DNA of 64,000 bases from Octopus sinensis (GCF_006345805.1 NC_042999.1:132866001-132930000), one strand, 5' to 3'; shown: positions 24,125-37,560, counted from the first letter of the stretch. The notes: generated from the sequence alone by a model not told the origin. Made by a program: numbers and translations.

Positions 24125-24734
24125 ACAGTTTCCGTATGACAAATTCATTCACAAAGTATTGCTCAGTTCTCTTATAGTGGAAGACATTTACTTTAAGTGC
24201 CACTCACTGTGATAGAACCCGAAACCACATGGTTGCAAAGCGACCTTCTTATCCACGCAGTTCTGCTTGCACTTCTGATACTACAGAAATTCAATTATAA
24301 AGAGAATACCTTCGGTATATAAATTTTCAATGAATTTATACAAACGTAATAAGTGTTTATTAGATGACATTGTGAAGGTGATTAAGAAAAGTCTTATATA
24401 AATTTACAAGCCGAATACCTGAGTAGAAATAAAAACAAAATGAAAAAAGGAAATAAAAGAGGAACAAAGGAATTTGAATAGCAAGTGAATCTCAGAGGCT
24501 AGGTAGAAAGAGTTATGGAGTCAGAAATATTGAATTTTCCATTGCTTTTGAGTAAGCTTAATACCTGCACGAAACTTACCCTCTTTGATGGTGTGCGGCC
24601 CTTACCTAGCACAGCCCTAAATTCTTTCTTTTGAGGCCTCGAGGTCGATTAAATCAGCAGCTATCATGTACTAGGTCGGTTCAATCCCCTAAATCTCTCA
24701 CCCAAAGGTTGTGACTTTGAGTCTATGATAGAAA

Positions 24735-25740
24735 TGTAATGTTCTTTCTCTGGTTCAAATTTAATTCGTTTTCTGCTGCATGTAAAGCCTTTGGTTTGAC
24801 CATCAGCATAAAGAAGACGGAAGTAATCTACCAACCTTGCCCTACTCCTAAACAAATACGAGGGGTCAAGCAGAGGTCACCGTTTCACAATTTTCCTGAC
24901 ACTCCTATACAGGTTGATGGGAAAAGCCTAAATTATGTGAAGTCATTTACATAGCTTGGCAGTAAAGTGAACGTGAGAGCTTTTCTTTTATGATGAAATC
25001 GTCAACCGTCTTGCAAAGGCAATCAACGCATTTGGAAAACTCCGTTCATCACCTATGGAATGAAAGGGGCATCAAACTTGACACCAAACTACAGGTCTAT
25101 AAAGCAGCCATTCTTACTACTCTCTTGTATGGCTCAGAATCATGGATACCCTATAGACGGCACATTAACCAACTAAGCATCTTCCACAAAGACTATCTGA
25201 GGACAATCTGCGGTTATTCACAAAAAGAGTTTCTAAAGCCGACTTGTTTAGATTGGTGGAATTGAGAGCTCCCTCATACAATCACAACTGCGTTGAGCTG
25301 GCCATGTTGTCAGTATGAGTGACGAAAGAATACCCAAAGTCCTCATGTACAGTCAGCTTGAGAGTGGGCACAAGAATATTGGTCGACCATGGCTCAGATA
25401 TAAGGACAAGCTGAAGAGTAACCTCTTAGAGATGAAGAGAGCTCACAGCACCTCAGACCGAACAGCCTTGGAACGAACAAAATGGAGATCGTTGTATCAA
25501 AATGGTATTAAAAGCTTCGTTGCAACCAGCATTAACAGGCTTCGGGGTGCCAGGCAAAGGAGAAAAGCGGCTGCAAATATACCGCGCGCACTGACCTGTA
25601 ATCCTCATACTTGCAACATCTGTGGCCTTCTTTACAAATCGTTGGTGATACTTAAATGTCACATTCGACATAGCATTATGACAGACAAAGAAAGAGTACG
25701 TTGTCGAGTTTCATACGTCGAAACCGACGAGAGAGTACAT

Positions 25741-25742
<2 letters not shown>
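24735..25742 (+). mobile_element. RTE-clade LINE 3' fragment, frameshifted
   Basis: ACKAFGLTISIKKTEVIYQP...TKLQVYKAAILTTLLYGSESW...MSDERIPKVLMYSQL...RPWLRYKDKLK...C-terminal C2H2-like CNIC...H. Confidence 0.9.
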
Positions 25743-25837
<95 letters not shown>

Positions 25838-25879
25838 ATGTATGTATGTATGTATGTATGTATGTATGTATGTATATTT

Positions 25880-26150
25880 CAAATAACAATCAATTCAAAT
25901 AAGCGGAGAATAAAATAAAATAAAATAAAATAAAATAAAAAATAAACAGAGAACAAGCTGATGTGCACAACGAATGTATTAGCTTGATGCTCGGTAAAAA
26001 GCGAGAGGTTGACGTTTCGAGCATAGTTCTTCGTCGGACAGGAGAAAAGGAAAAGTCCAAAGAAAGAAAAGAAATTGCCAACAGCACGTGTGTTGTTACT
26101 AGAGAGAGAGGTGGAGGGGGAGAGAGGGGTAGAGAGAGGGGAGAGAAAGA
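25880..26150 (-). mobile_element. PLE-type terminal-repeat remnant with degenerate HHR (26008-26040)
   Basis: CCGACGA-A-GAAC(UAU)GCUC-GAAAC-GUC; helix I broken. Confidence 0.45.
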
Positions 26151-26214
26151 TGAAGGCTACATATATCCAAAAGATAAACACGTATGTACAAAGATATATA
26201 TATATATATATATA

Positions 26215-28423
26215 CAGGGTGTCCCCCAAAAATGTATGCACACTTTAAACAATTGTAAAGTAGTTGTTTATTAAAAGACACTTCATTTTCAAAATTTAAT
26301 AGAATCTACAGACATTATTTTATTGTTTTGTCAATGCCTGTTTTTAAACTGATGTCCGGTCTGGTCCAGGCACTGCTGACAACGCAAAGGAATGGAATCA
26401 CAAATATCACAAAATAATTTGTTTGGTATTTGTGTGCACTCTCGTCCAATGGCTGCTCTCAAATCAGCGACTTGTATGTTTCATAGCGTAGAATTTGTCT
26501 TTAAGGTATTCCCATAAAAAAGTCTAGTGGTGTGAGGTCTGGTGAATTCAACCATACCTCTTCATCCAATCCACCTGTTTAGCAAGATCTCATCAAGGAA
26601 GGATCTAACATAGCAATGGTAGTGTGGGGGTGCCCCATCTTGCTGAAAATAAAACTCCTCATCTTCAAAGTCTTCTCTAATGCTTGGCATAACAGACTGT
26701 TGCAACAAGTTCAAGTAAACGGGACCAGTCACAGTAGCATAACAAAAGAATGGTCCAATTAATCCTCTTGATTATAAACCACACCACACAAATATCAAAT
26801 TAACATCGTGTTTCACCATAACATGCAGATTCTCAGGACCCCAGTAGGTGCAATTGTGGCAGTTAATTGAACCATTTAATTTGAATGTGGCTTCATCATT
26901 CCACACAATCTTTGTTGGAAAGTGTGCAGCTTCTACACATCATTCCAAGTACCACTCGCAATGCTGCACTCTTTCGTGTGGATCATCATCATTAATAGCA
27001 TGGACTAATCTTGGAATGTAACTTTTCCATTGACAATACTTCAAAATGCATTGGACAGATGATTTTGGAATACCTACCTCATGACTCGCTTTGCCGCACA
27101 GATTTTCTTGGACTTTGGTGATTCATTTCCAGTACTCCTTGCTTTGTTGGGGCTGTTGATGTTCGGGGTCTTCTGGAATGCTTACCGTGGACATTCTGAA
27201 CAGTTCCATCAGCTTCAAACTTATCTGTAATTCAAGTGATAGGGAGTTGCATTGGTGGATCTGTTTGAAACTCCCTCCCCAACTGTTTTTGCACTTCAAC
27301 TGCATTTTCACACTTCCAGTATCATTTTTAGAATGAATTTTCTTTGTTCAAAGCTTAATCTGACTGCCATCATTAAATCCTATAGGTCTCATCTGGAAAG
27401 AAAAAATATCAATTGAGTTATCAGCTGCTAAAGTGTGTATGCATTTTTTTGGGACACCTTCTTCTTCTACTTTGATGATGAGCAGCGTCTGCTGTGACTG
27501 AACAGTCCAATTCTAGAGTGGCAGTCCCTGGTACAGTTGCTGCACACGAACATCGATGGGTACGTGTGGGGTGTTGCCGCAGTTGTCCTCCTCCTGTCCC
27601 GCCTGTCCGACCACAGCTGTGCTCTCCTTTCCTCAGCCATGGAAACGCCTTTCCTCACTGTCCGACGCCAGGCAGAGCGGTCAGCAGCTGTTACCTCCCA
27701 CGTGTCCACACAGATGTTGGCAGTCCTCAGGTCGCGCTTGCACACATCCCTGTATCGTAGCTGTGGACGTCCCTTGGGTCGGGATCCCGTGGTGAGTTCG
27801 CTGTACAGGATGTCTTTAGGCATGCGACCATCCTGCATGCGGCAGACGTGTCCGAGCCAGCGCAGTCGTCTCCGCACGAGGAGGGCATGCATGCTTGGCA
27901 TATTAGTCTGTTCTAGGATGACTCCGTTTGGTACTCGGTCCTTCCAGGAGATGCCAAGGATCCGTTGAAGACACCGCATGTGGAAGCCGCTGAGGCGGCA
28001 TTCTTGCCGGGTGTATGTTGTCCAGCTCTCGCTGCCGTAGAGTAGGGTGCTCAGCACGCAGGCTCGGTACACTGCGATCTTGGTGGTTATTGTGAGCATG
28101 TTGTTTTCCCACACTCTCCTGGAGGGCTTAACCATGGCAGCAGCAGCCTTCCCAATCCGTCTGTTCAGCTCCGGCTCGAGGGACAGGCTGCTGGAGACCG
28201 TCGATCCCAGGTAAGTGAACTCGTTCACCACCTGCAAGCTGTGGTCGCCGACACTGATGCTGGGGACCCCTCCGACGTCCTGGCCCATGATCTCTGTCTT
28301 TTTCAGGCCGATGGTAAGGCCGAACTCTTGGCAGGCATCCGCCAGGGAGCTGACCAGCCTCTGGAGACCCGGCTGGTTGTGTGATGTGAGGGCGGCATCG
28401 TCAGCAAAGAGGATTGGGACACC

Positions 28424-28426
<3 letters not shown>
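26215..28426 (-). mobile_element. Full-length degenerate mariner-like (maT/DD37D-type) transposon, right TIR interrupted by an RTE
   Basis: TIR cagggtgtccc..aaaaatgtatgcacacttt at both ends, TA flanks; peptides [32 protein letters not shown]; DD spacing not counted. Confidence 0.9.
27459..28413 (-). mobile_element. Young RTE (BovB-like) LINE, 5'-truncated, uninterrupted frame of about 315 codons
   Basis: LFADDAAL...FTYLGS...LLYGSESW...RLRWLGHVCRM...CSNCTRDCHSRIGLFSHSRRC; 10-bp TSD ttgggacacc at 27449 and 28414; (GAA)n tail. Confidence 0.95.
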
Positions 28427-28471
<45 letters not shown>

Positions 28472-28475
<4 letters not shown>

Positions 28476-28872
28476 TTACTCTTTTACTTGTTTCCCTTAT
28501 TCGACTGCGACCATGCTGGAGCACCGCCTTTTTAGTCGGGCAAATCGACCTCAGGACTTATTCTTTGGAAGCCTAGTACTTATTCTATCGGTCTCTTTTG
28601 CCGAACCGCTAAGTTACGAGGACGTAAACACACCAGCATCAGTTGTCAAGCGATGTTGGAGGGGTCAAACACAGACACACAAACACACATATACATATAC
28701 ATATATACGACAGGCTTCTTTCAGTTTCCATCTACCAAATTCACTCACAAGGCTTTGGTCGGCCCGAGGCTATAGTAGAAGACACTTGCCCAAGGTGCCA
28801 CGCAGTGGGACTGAACCCGGGACCATGTGGTTGGTAAGCAAGCTACTTACCACACAGCCACTCCTACGCCTA
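28472..28872 (-). mobile_element. SINE family A, full-length, young
   Basis: Best-preserved copy, used as reference for the family. Confidence 0.9.
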
Positions 28873-29575
28873 TATATAACGTCAAATAAATTTACTTTTA
28901 CTTGTTCAAGTTCAAATCATTTAAACACTACGTGTGTATGTGTGTGAGAGAGAGTCTAGTCAACAGATGAGATGCCAAAATTCTCTCAGAAAGCATTGAG
29001 CCGCCCGGTGCTATAGTAGAAATCATTGAATATGTAAAGACAATGAGAAAACATTTCACGTTACGGAATTCCACGTTACGGCATAACTTTCGAGACTTCA
29101 ACGTTTTCGTACCCGTACGTTGTTTACATATATATCATTCCACAAACGACAATAAAAAAAATACACCCAACCTTACAATTTAATGACTGTGCGCGCCAAT
29201 TTTATTACTGTTATTGCTGTATATACCCTACCATTTTTCTCTCTTACTGAATTCCTTACAATATCCGACCTCCTCTTCCACTTTGGTAATAAAAAAAAAA
29301 AACCAAAAACAATTCCACGATTGCTTCAGACTGTTTCTGGTATGTTATTCATACCAGAGCATCATTCTTTCCAATATTGCAGACTTCTTAACAGTCTAAA
29401 ACGCACTTATATATTTCCTGTACAATTCCTTCGAACCATATACTTGTTTTCTGTCAATAATTTTTTTCTTCTTTTGGTCATTCCATTCCTTTAGTTCACT
29501 TCTGCCTGACTTCTTTCTTTCTTTCTTTCTTTCTTTCTCCCCACTCTCCCTCTTTCTTTATATATATATATACAT

Positions 29576-29631
<56 letters not shown>

Positions 29632-29924
29632 GATTGTAAACTCACTCTGATATTTATCATTAGATATATATATATATATATATAAGATTTAATGTGAGAA
29701 AAAGAAAAATAGATAGATAAGTTATTCATCTATCTGTCTTTCATTCTTTCCTTCATTTCTTTCTTTCTTTCTCTCTCTCCCCCCCTCTCTCTCATTTTAT
29801 CTTTTCCATTTTCATCACTTTTTTTCCGTATTTATTTCCTATCTTATATTTCTCTCTCTCTCATTCTTTCCCTGTGCGTTTACTTAGCTATTCTGCCTGC
29901 CTGTCACTCCCCCTTCTATATACA

Positions 29925-29966
<42 letters not shown>

Positions 29967-30479
29967 CCTCTCATTCTCTCTCTAAAATACACATGTAATA
30001 CATCATTGTCTGTACGTATTATGCGTGTACTCCTTTTTCCACCCCTCGTTACTTCGCTCTGTCTGTCTAATCCTTGTTGTGTTCCTCTCTGTATAACACC
30101 GCATTGCATGTCTCTATTCATCCCTCTCCGTCACTGGCTCAGTATCTCGATGCTCAGCCTCTCTTCTACATACAACATACTTCTTCCAGTAAGCCTTTAC
30201 TTCTTTTCTCTGCATTCTCAACCGCCTTTAACCCTCTCTTTCTTTCTTTCTTCCTTTCTTTCTTTCTCTCCTTCCTCTTTCCTCCTTCTCTCTTTCTCTT
30301 TCGTTTTCTCCCTATCCCTGACAGCTTTGATGTTTTCCTTCCGATGTCTCTCACACGTCACTTGAAGTCTCCGTTTATTCAATTCAGCATTTCCTGTCTC
30401 TTAACAACCTCCTTTCCATCCATCTCTTACTCCACACACACGCACGCACGCACCACACACACACACACACACACACACA

Positions 30480-30524
<45 letters not shown>

Positions 30525-30949
30525 CACTTACACGATCACTCATCTTTTTACCACCCGCCAACGTCCATCACCACTCATTTCTTTCATCTCTCACTACTCC
30601 CACTCCTACCATCCAGTCCCCTACTGTTGTATCTTGCTCACATACGACACTTGTACATCTGGTTCGTTTTCTCTCCCACTTACACAATACGCTTTGAACA
30701 TTAGTAGTTGCAGTAATGAATGAATCCCAAGCTCCTGCTACAACTATCCTTATGCAGGGAACATATATAAAATTAGCTTGGCTTATATTGTGGTTATAGT
30801 TCTTAAAGACGACACGCAGGTCATGAGAACGATCGTGGTTTCAACCTAATTGACTCTCATTAATATAAAGCGCAGTAATGTACGAGAAAAGAAATTATGT
30901 AAGAGACCATAGAGCGAACAAATTCATTCTATAGAATAAAATTCGAAGT

Positions 30950-31165
30950 AAGGCGGCGAACTGGCATAATTGTTAGTATGCTGAGCACAATGCTTAGCGG
31001 CATTTCGTCTGTCCTTACGTTCTGAGTTCGAATTCCGCCGGGGTCGACTTTGCCTTTCATCTCTTCGAATTCGATAAAATAGTACCAGTTGAGTACTGGG
31101 GTAGATTTAATCGACTTAGCCTTTCTCCCAAAACTGCTGGCCTTGTACTAAAATTCGAAACCAAC
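30950..31165 (+). mobile_element. SINE family B monomer
   Basis: aaggcggcgaactggc...gagttcgaattccgcc...gcctttcatc. Confidence 0.85.
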
Positions 31166-31419
31166 AAATATAAGGAGCACATACGCATTTATTTGCATAA
31201 GTTCTTAGATTGCGCCCATGCTGTGACATCGCCTCGAAGGATTTAGTCGATCATTAGACACAGGAAATTTGCTTCTTTTTTGAAGTGTGGTATTTGTTCT
31301 ATCGGTTCGGTACTTTTTGCTGAACCGATAAGAACTACGCAGCCATTCTTATGCCCGAAATAATTGTGAAAAATCCTTTAAAAGTGACGTTCTCCAACAA
31401 ATTTACTCTCTTTCTTCCA

Positions 31420-31830
31420 TGACCACCAGTATACTTTGCATAAATTCGGATCTACTAGAAGCCTATTCTCTTATGTTATCTCCAAGCAGGCTCTCAGCCT
31501 AGAGAATTCGTTCCAAGCAGGTTTCTTACCTTAAACATCAGCAAAGCTTTCGATCATATTTAGAATACGAATTACCTATCGGATCTTTCCGGTTACGGGT
31601 TCCATCCGTTTCTCATCTCCTGGACCGGTTATCTTCCTTATGAGGCTGTACAATCGCGGTGTTTGCTGATGGATCTCTTTCTGTTTTATACTTAATCAAC
31701 TCTAGTGCGCACACCGGCTTCGGTTTTGTCTCCCTCCTGTACATTAATGGCCTATTTATCATCATACCCTACAAAGCCTATCCTTACGCAGATGATATTC
31801 CTATATTCCTTCCACATGTCCAACCATGCA
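31420..31830 (+). mobile_element. L2/CR1-clade LINE RT fragment, degenerate
   Basis: NISKAFD, ADGSLS...INS, LYINGL, YPYADD motifs across frames. Confidence 0.7.
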
Positions 31831-31924
31831 TCATTCAAACAAGTTAACACTACACGCCAAACTGGCATTAATTCCAGCAACGAGAACTGCAAAATAAAAA
31901 AGTAAAAAATACGAGAGTCACGCT

Positions 31925-32573
31925 CGGTAATATGAAGAAAATTCATCAGCTTATGCATGAGGATCATCGAAGGACAATCAACGATATTCCTGATGCTGCT
32001 GGTGGTCTCTCATATGGGTCCGTGCAGGTAATCCTACGAAGAAGTGTATTCTTTACGATGACAATGCACCCTGTCACCCTCGCCAAAAACAACACTGTAT
32101 CGCATGGTAGAGATACTAGGGTTGTTTGACAAATCCTTCGTCAACTGGATAGTTTGGGGCTTACATGGAGCTCATCCGGCCTTCAACAGGAGATAATTCC
32201 CATGACAGCTGCTTTTCTACGACGACAATGCACCCTGTCACCCTCTCCAAAAACAACACTGTATCGCTTCTGCACCTGCCCTATTCGCCATACTTAGCAC
32301 CTGCAGACTTCCATCTCTTCCCCAAGATGAAAAGGCAGCTCAAAGGTCGACGTTTTAACACCGTTGTCCAGTTCAAGAGCGAATTGCAGAAGATCTTCGA
32401 CTCGCTTACGGAAAACGACTTCTAGGCCGAATTCTAAAAGTGGCATGAACGCTGGAACCGCTGGATTGTGCGCAAGGTGACTATATCGAAGGAGATGATG
32501 TTAAAACTTAGTTTTAAAAAAAGTTATCTTTTATTCAACATAACTGGTGCGGGAACTTTTTAATACCACTTCG
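31925..32573 (+). mobile_element. mariner (Mos1/DD34D-like) deleted relic with 3' TIR
   Basis: HEDHRRTINDI; DDNAPCH; HLPYSPYLAPADFHLFPKMKRQLKGRRF; ends gaactttttaataccacttcg-TA. Confidence 0.85.
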
Positions 32574-32729
32574 TATGTATGTACGTACATACATACGTTT
32601 GTATGTATGTATGTATGTATGTATGTATGTATGTATGTATGTATGTATGTATGTATGTATGTATGTATGTATGTATGTATGTATGTATGTATTATGTATG
32701 TATGTATGTATGCATGCATGTACATGTTA

Positions 32730-33120
32730 CATGCTATGACTGACCGTAGCTGAGATATGCAAAATACCCATGATGGAAAGAAAGTATGTGACAGCGTGGC
32801 TGGTAACTCTCTGGATACCTCCTGCAAGAAGTACCCGTTCGTTGTCACATCTGTGCAAATAAGTGTAGGTCCCTCGTCGTCGTCATGTATCGTACGCTTT
32901 TTGCAGCGCCTTGATGACAACAACTAAAGTATTTCCGATAGAGCACGAACTCACTAATCGGATGAAGCCATAGAGCTGCTTCATTCTGACTTTCTAATAG
33001 TATTTTCATGGTAGAGATATTGGGGTTGTTTGACAAATCCTTCGCCACTTGGATGGTTTTTGGCTTACAGGGAGCTCATCCGGCCTTCAACAGGAGATAA
33101 TGCCAATGGCAGCCGCTAAT
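32730..33120 (-). mobile_element. Possible degenerate non-LTR RT fragment
   Basis: Minus-strand GFIR...ALQKAYDT resembles the RT DxxKAYD motif; weak. Confidence 0.35.
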
Positions 33121-33299
33121 CCAAATTGTAGGAAAATAAAGACAATGCAGCTCGGAGTCAATCTTGTCTTTATAGCCATTAGATGAAAGGAAAAGACACG
33201 TTTCAATCTTGTCAGATCTCATCAGCGAAGCATATTCACCTTAGTTGGTTGGACGTAGAAGTGATCAGTAAATTTAGAAATAAAGTGATCGTAGTAATG

Positions 33300-33470
33300 G
33301 TGAAGAGGCGCAGCCTAGCCGAATGGTTAAGAAGTTCCTTTTGCTACCACTTGATCCCGGGTTCGATCCAAGTTCGGGGCGTCTTGGGCAAATGTCACTT
33401 TCTATGGCTTTTGTCGATCCATACCTTGTGAATAAAACCTTGTAGACGGAAACTGTATAGAAGCCCTTCG
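33300..33470 (+). mobile_element. SINE family A-like head, diverged
   Basis: gggttcgatcc...cttgggcaaatgtc...gtagacggaaactg. Confidence 0.65.
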
Positions 33471-33834
33471 AATGGATTATACTTTCATTTTAAAAGATAC
33501 AGCCTTGTCACAAACTGTGTCAGTCTCATTCTACCTGAGCATTATATTACGCCTGTGAGGAATGCTCAAACACTTACACCTTAATTCACTTGATCAAAAA
33601 GCTAAATCATCATCGTCTCACAGCGGAGTCACGTCTACGGTAACGGTATTATGCATAACAACAACAGGATCGGAGAAAAATACCCCCAGAGAATTGTCCT
33701 ACTCACTAAATACCCATGCGTTAATTTCTTATGTATGTATTGTAGCGAACTGAAAAAAGAACCATCGATTTATTGCTTGGTTTTGAAATTAGGTAAAACA
33801 AACAACCAGTACGTGTGTTCTAAATTTATGTGTT

Positions 33835-33872
<38 letters not shown>

Positions 33873-34330
33873 CGAGTATGTACGTGTGCATATAAATCTG
33901 TGTGTGTGTGTGTGTGTGTGTGTTTGTGTGTGTGTAAGCGTGCGTGTATATGTGTTCTGGTTTTTTTTTCTGCTGATTTACGTTTTCCAGACGTTTGCTG
34001 ATGTTTTAAGTACAATATACGTTATCCTGTACGTTATATATGTCAATTGTGAATGAAGGCTTTATAACTGTCTGTAACTAGACGACAGAAGGGTAGATTT
34101 ATCATATCGTTTTTTGTTTCAGTCATTAGGCTACGGCGATACCGGGGTATAAATAATCAGAGGTGAGCATAGATAAACTCCGCTAATATGACTGCAACCG
34201 GAATGCCTGCTATGATCTTTAGACGTGTCATCTGAATATTCGTCGTACCCTGTCATTCTTATTTATTCTCTCTCTCTCTCTCCCACTCACACACACAACA
34301 ATATATACATATATATATATAATATATATA

Positions 34331-34368
<38 letters not shown>

Positions 34369-34481
34369 GCAGGACAACCAACCATTTAATTACTATAAAC
34401 AATTCATCTGTGCTGCAGGTTCTTCAAGAAATTGCACAGCCCTAAACCAGTTGTCTATGACAGATATAAGGTTTTGCAATA

Positions 34482-34554
<73 letters not shown>

Positions 34555-34581
34555 CTCTCTATTATATATATATATATATAT

Positions 34582-34625
<44 letters not shown>

Positions 34626-34631
34626 ATATAC

Positions 34632-35220
34632 ATATATTAATAAATAAAACATATGCATATATATATATATACATATATGTACGTACCAACCTCTACATGT
34701 ATATATACACGCATATATGGGTACAGGACACCAAAAAACATCGAACACAATGAGAAACGAAAACATAGACACAAAACCAAGGAACTGGAGATTTTTCTTA
34801 AACAACAAAATAAAATAGAGTACAGGACAAATGACTCAAGGAAAATTCCCCTTCTTCAGTCGCCATGGTTTCATCTACTCTGCGTTTCGAAGGTGAAGGC
34901 GATACGCATCTTCGATAGAAACTTTCCTTCCTGCGAAAAGCAAATCAAATAAAATTTGAGATCTTTTGTGTTATTTGTCCTGTACTCTATTTTTTTTGTT
35001 GTTTAAGAAAAATGTCCAGTTCCTTGGTTTTGTGTTTATGTTTTCGTTTCTCATTGTGTTCGACTTTTTTTTTGGTGTCCTGTACCCATATATGCGTGTA
35101 TATATACATGTAGAGGTTGGTACGTACATATATGTATATATATATGCATATGTTTTATTTATTAATATATTATATGACGGAACGCACGCATCCATTTCTA
35201 AGTAAGATTGTTCTTCTATA
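34632..35220. mobile_element. Fold-back insertion (about 200-bp arms, 140-bp spacer, one-sided tail) in (TA)n
   Basis: 34632-34832 is the reverse complement of 34973-35170. Confidence 0.85.
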
Positions 35221-35951
35221 TATATACATATATATGTATGTGTGTGTGTATGTGTGTGTGTGTGTGTACAGACTGAGAGAGAGAAAGAGAGAGAGAATAG
35301 TGTAAAGAAGCTAACAGAACTCCTGGGGTTTGATATACAGAATATATATACAAGCATACATGTGGATAAAGGAAAGTCAAATACTGAAATGTTTTCAAAT
35401 GATTAATATTCAAGTATATTTCTTATAACTTATAAAATTGTAATGGTAGGGTGGGCTATTTTGGGATAAAATGAAAAGTATGTAAGATTGTTAGTGTGAG
35501 GGAAAATGAGGTGACATGGGGAGAGTGACTGATATCAGGGAAGAGAAGAAAGAGTTGTGTAAGCTACAAATATGGAGTGGCAGTGGGATGAGAACGTTAA
35601 TACAGCTGTCATCCAGGGATACTAACGCACGAACTTTCATCCTGTCTACAAGGTCAATTCGTAGTAGACAATTACTAATGAAAACGGTATTTGTGTGTGT
35701 ATGTGTGTGTGTGTATGTATGTATGTATGTATGTATGTATGTATGTATGTATGTATGTATGTATGTATGTATGTCACATGCTGTCACCTCTAAGAAAAGG
35801 AATGATTTAGATCAAAGGTTTACTCTGTTAACATGTATACATACACACGTATGACATTACGCACATGAATGGAAGTAACTTAATCCTGCAACAACTACAT
35901 TTGTGGTTAAACCAAACTCATTCTTTTTTCTCATCCCTCTCTCTCTCTCTA

Positions 35952-36044
<93 letters not shown>

Positions 36045-36139
36045 ACACACGTCTTTCATGTCATGATCTTTCTTGCTCCGCCCTCTCTGTCTTTTCTCTC
36101 TCTATGTCTTTCATATCATGCTCTTTTTTGTTCCACTGA

Positions 36140-36485
36140 GGGTTAGCATTTAATGTTAGGGGTTCGTGTTAGCACTGAGAATTACAATTTTGAGTTAGGA
36201 TGAGGATTGAGTTTAAACAGAAAATGAAAAGTGATACAAAAGATATGAATTTGTGTACAAATTTTTACTGAGCTGAAATTGCATATGTTTGGAATTTGGA
36301 TATCAGAAAAAAACATATTCTTAAAAGAAGAAAATTGTAAAGGTCTACAAAAAGGATTCATAATCCGAAATTTCGTTAAGTTTTATTTTTTCGAAAAGAT
36401 TTGCTATAAGTTAATTAAAGAGCTTTGCGATGTTACTATAAATTCTGAGGTCCTTAACACGGGCAACGCCGGGTATTTCAGCTAG
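36140..36485 (+). mobile_element. Helitron-like 3' end (5' limit unknown)
   Basis: ACaCGG-GCAACG-CCGgGT hairpin (36457-36474) then CTAG|T at 36482-36486. Confidence 0.55.
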
Positions 36486-36691
36486 TGTGTATGTATGTGT
36501 GTGTAAATGTGTGTGTGTTTGTGTGTATACATATATAGTTAAAATTTACAGAGAACAAAAGACGAAGACAGGTGTAGGAACAACAAACAGGCGTATTATA
36601 TATATGTATACGTATATATATTATATATATATATATTTTGTGTGTCTTTTTTGTTTGTGTGCGTGTGTGTATGCGTGTGTGTGTGTATCTA

Positions 36692-36740
<49 letters not shown>

Positions 36741-37136
36741 TATATATATGTATGTATGTATATGTATATATTGTATATACCCACACACATATAAATAATA
36801 TATATATCGTATATTATATATAAATTATATAGATATGCGTGTGTGTATATATATATATGTGTGTGTGTGTGTGTATGTATATGTGTGTGTGTATATATGC
36901 GTGTATTTTTATTCTTTTATATTCTTTTAATTCTTTCAGTCATTTGACTACGGCCATGCTGGTGCACCGCCTTTAGACGAATAAATCGACCCCAGGACTT
37001 ATTCTTTTTAAGCGCAGTACTTATTGTATCGGTTACTTTTGCCGCCGAACGGCATCGTTTGTCAAGCGATGGTAGGGACAAACACAGACACACACAGATA
37101 TATATATATATATACACACAACACACACGCACACAC

Positions 37137-37170
<34 letters not shown>

Positions 37171-37172
37171 AC

Positions 37173-37209
<37 letters not shown>

Positions 37210-37240
37210 TATATATATATATATATATATATCTATATAT

Positions 37241-37500
37241 TATATAAATTAGAGACAAAACCACTATTATGCAAATCAAACAAAGAAAGACTTATGCCAA
37301 TACATACTAATTTATATAAATTAAAATTTAACAATATTCCAATACCTTCTAGGATGTATTGGCATAAGTCTTTTCTTTGTTTGATTTGCATAATAGTGGT
37401 TTTGTCTCTAATTTATATATTAATATATTTTTACTATAAATTGGATTCAATTTTAATCTGATTTTTCCTTGTAAATTTGGATTTATTCCCTAATATTTAT
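37241..37500. mobile_element. Fold-back (about 65-bp arms) plus tail in (TA)n
   Basis: 37241-37305 vs 37354-37419; same family as 59940-60180. Confidence 0.8.
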
Positions 37501-37501
37501 A

Positions 37502-37560
<59 letters not shown>

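Larger units (their letters stand above)
23222..24270 (-). mobile_element. Old SINE family A copy split by a MITE and a Tc1 fragment
   Basis: 3' part 23222-23278 and 23724-23880; head 24125-24270. Confidence 0.7.

Noticed and set aside
21939-27475. Shared AGTAGAA tail between SINE B and the RTE as evidence of a SINE-LINE partnership
   Set aside because: Only about 7 nt, and SINE B tails vary among copies.
35448-35470. tagggtgggctatttt as the missing left end of the hATm-like relic
   Set aside because: Short match, on the wrong side and 25 kb away; no adjoining transposon sequence.
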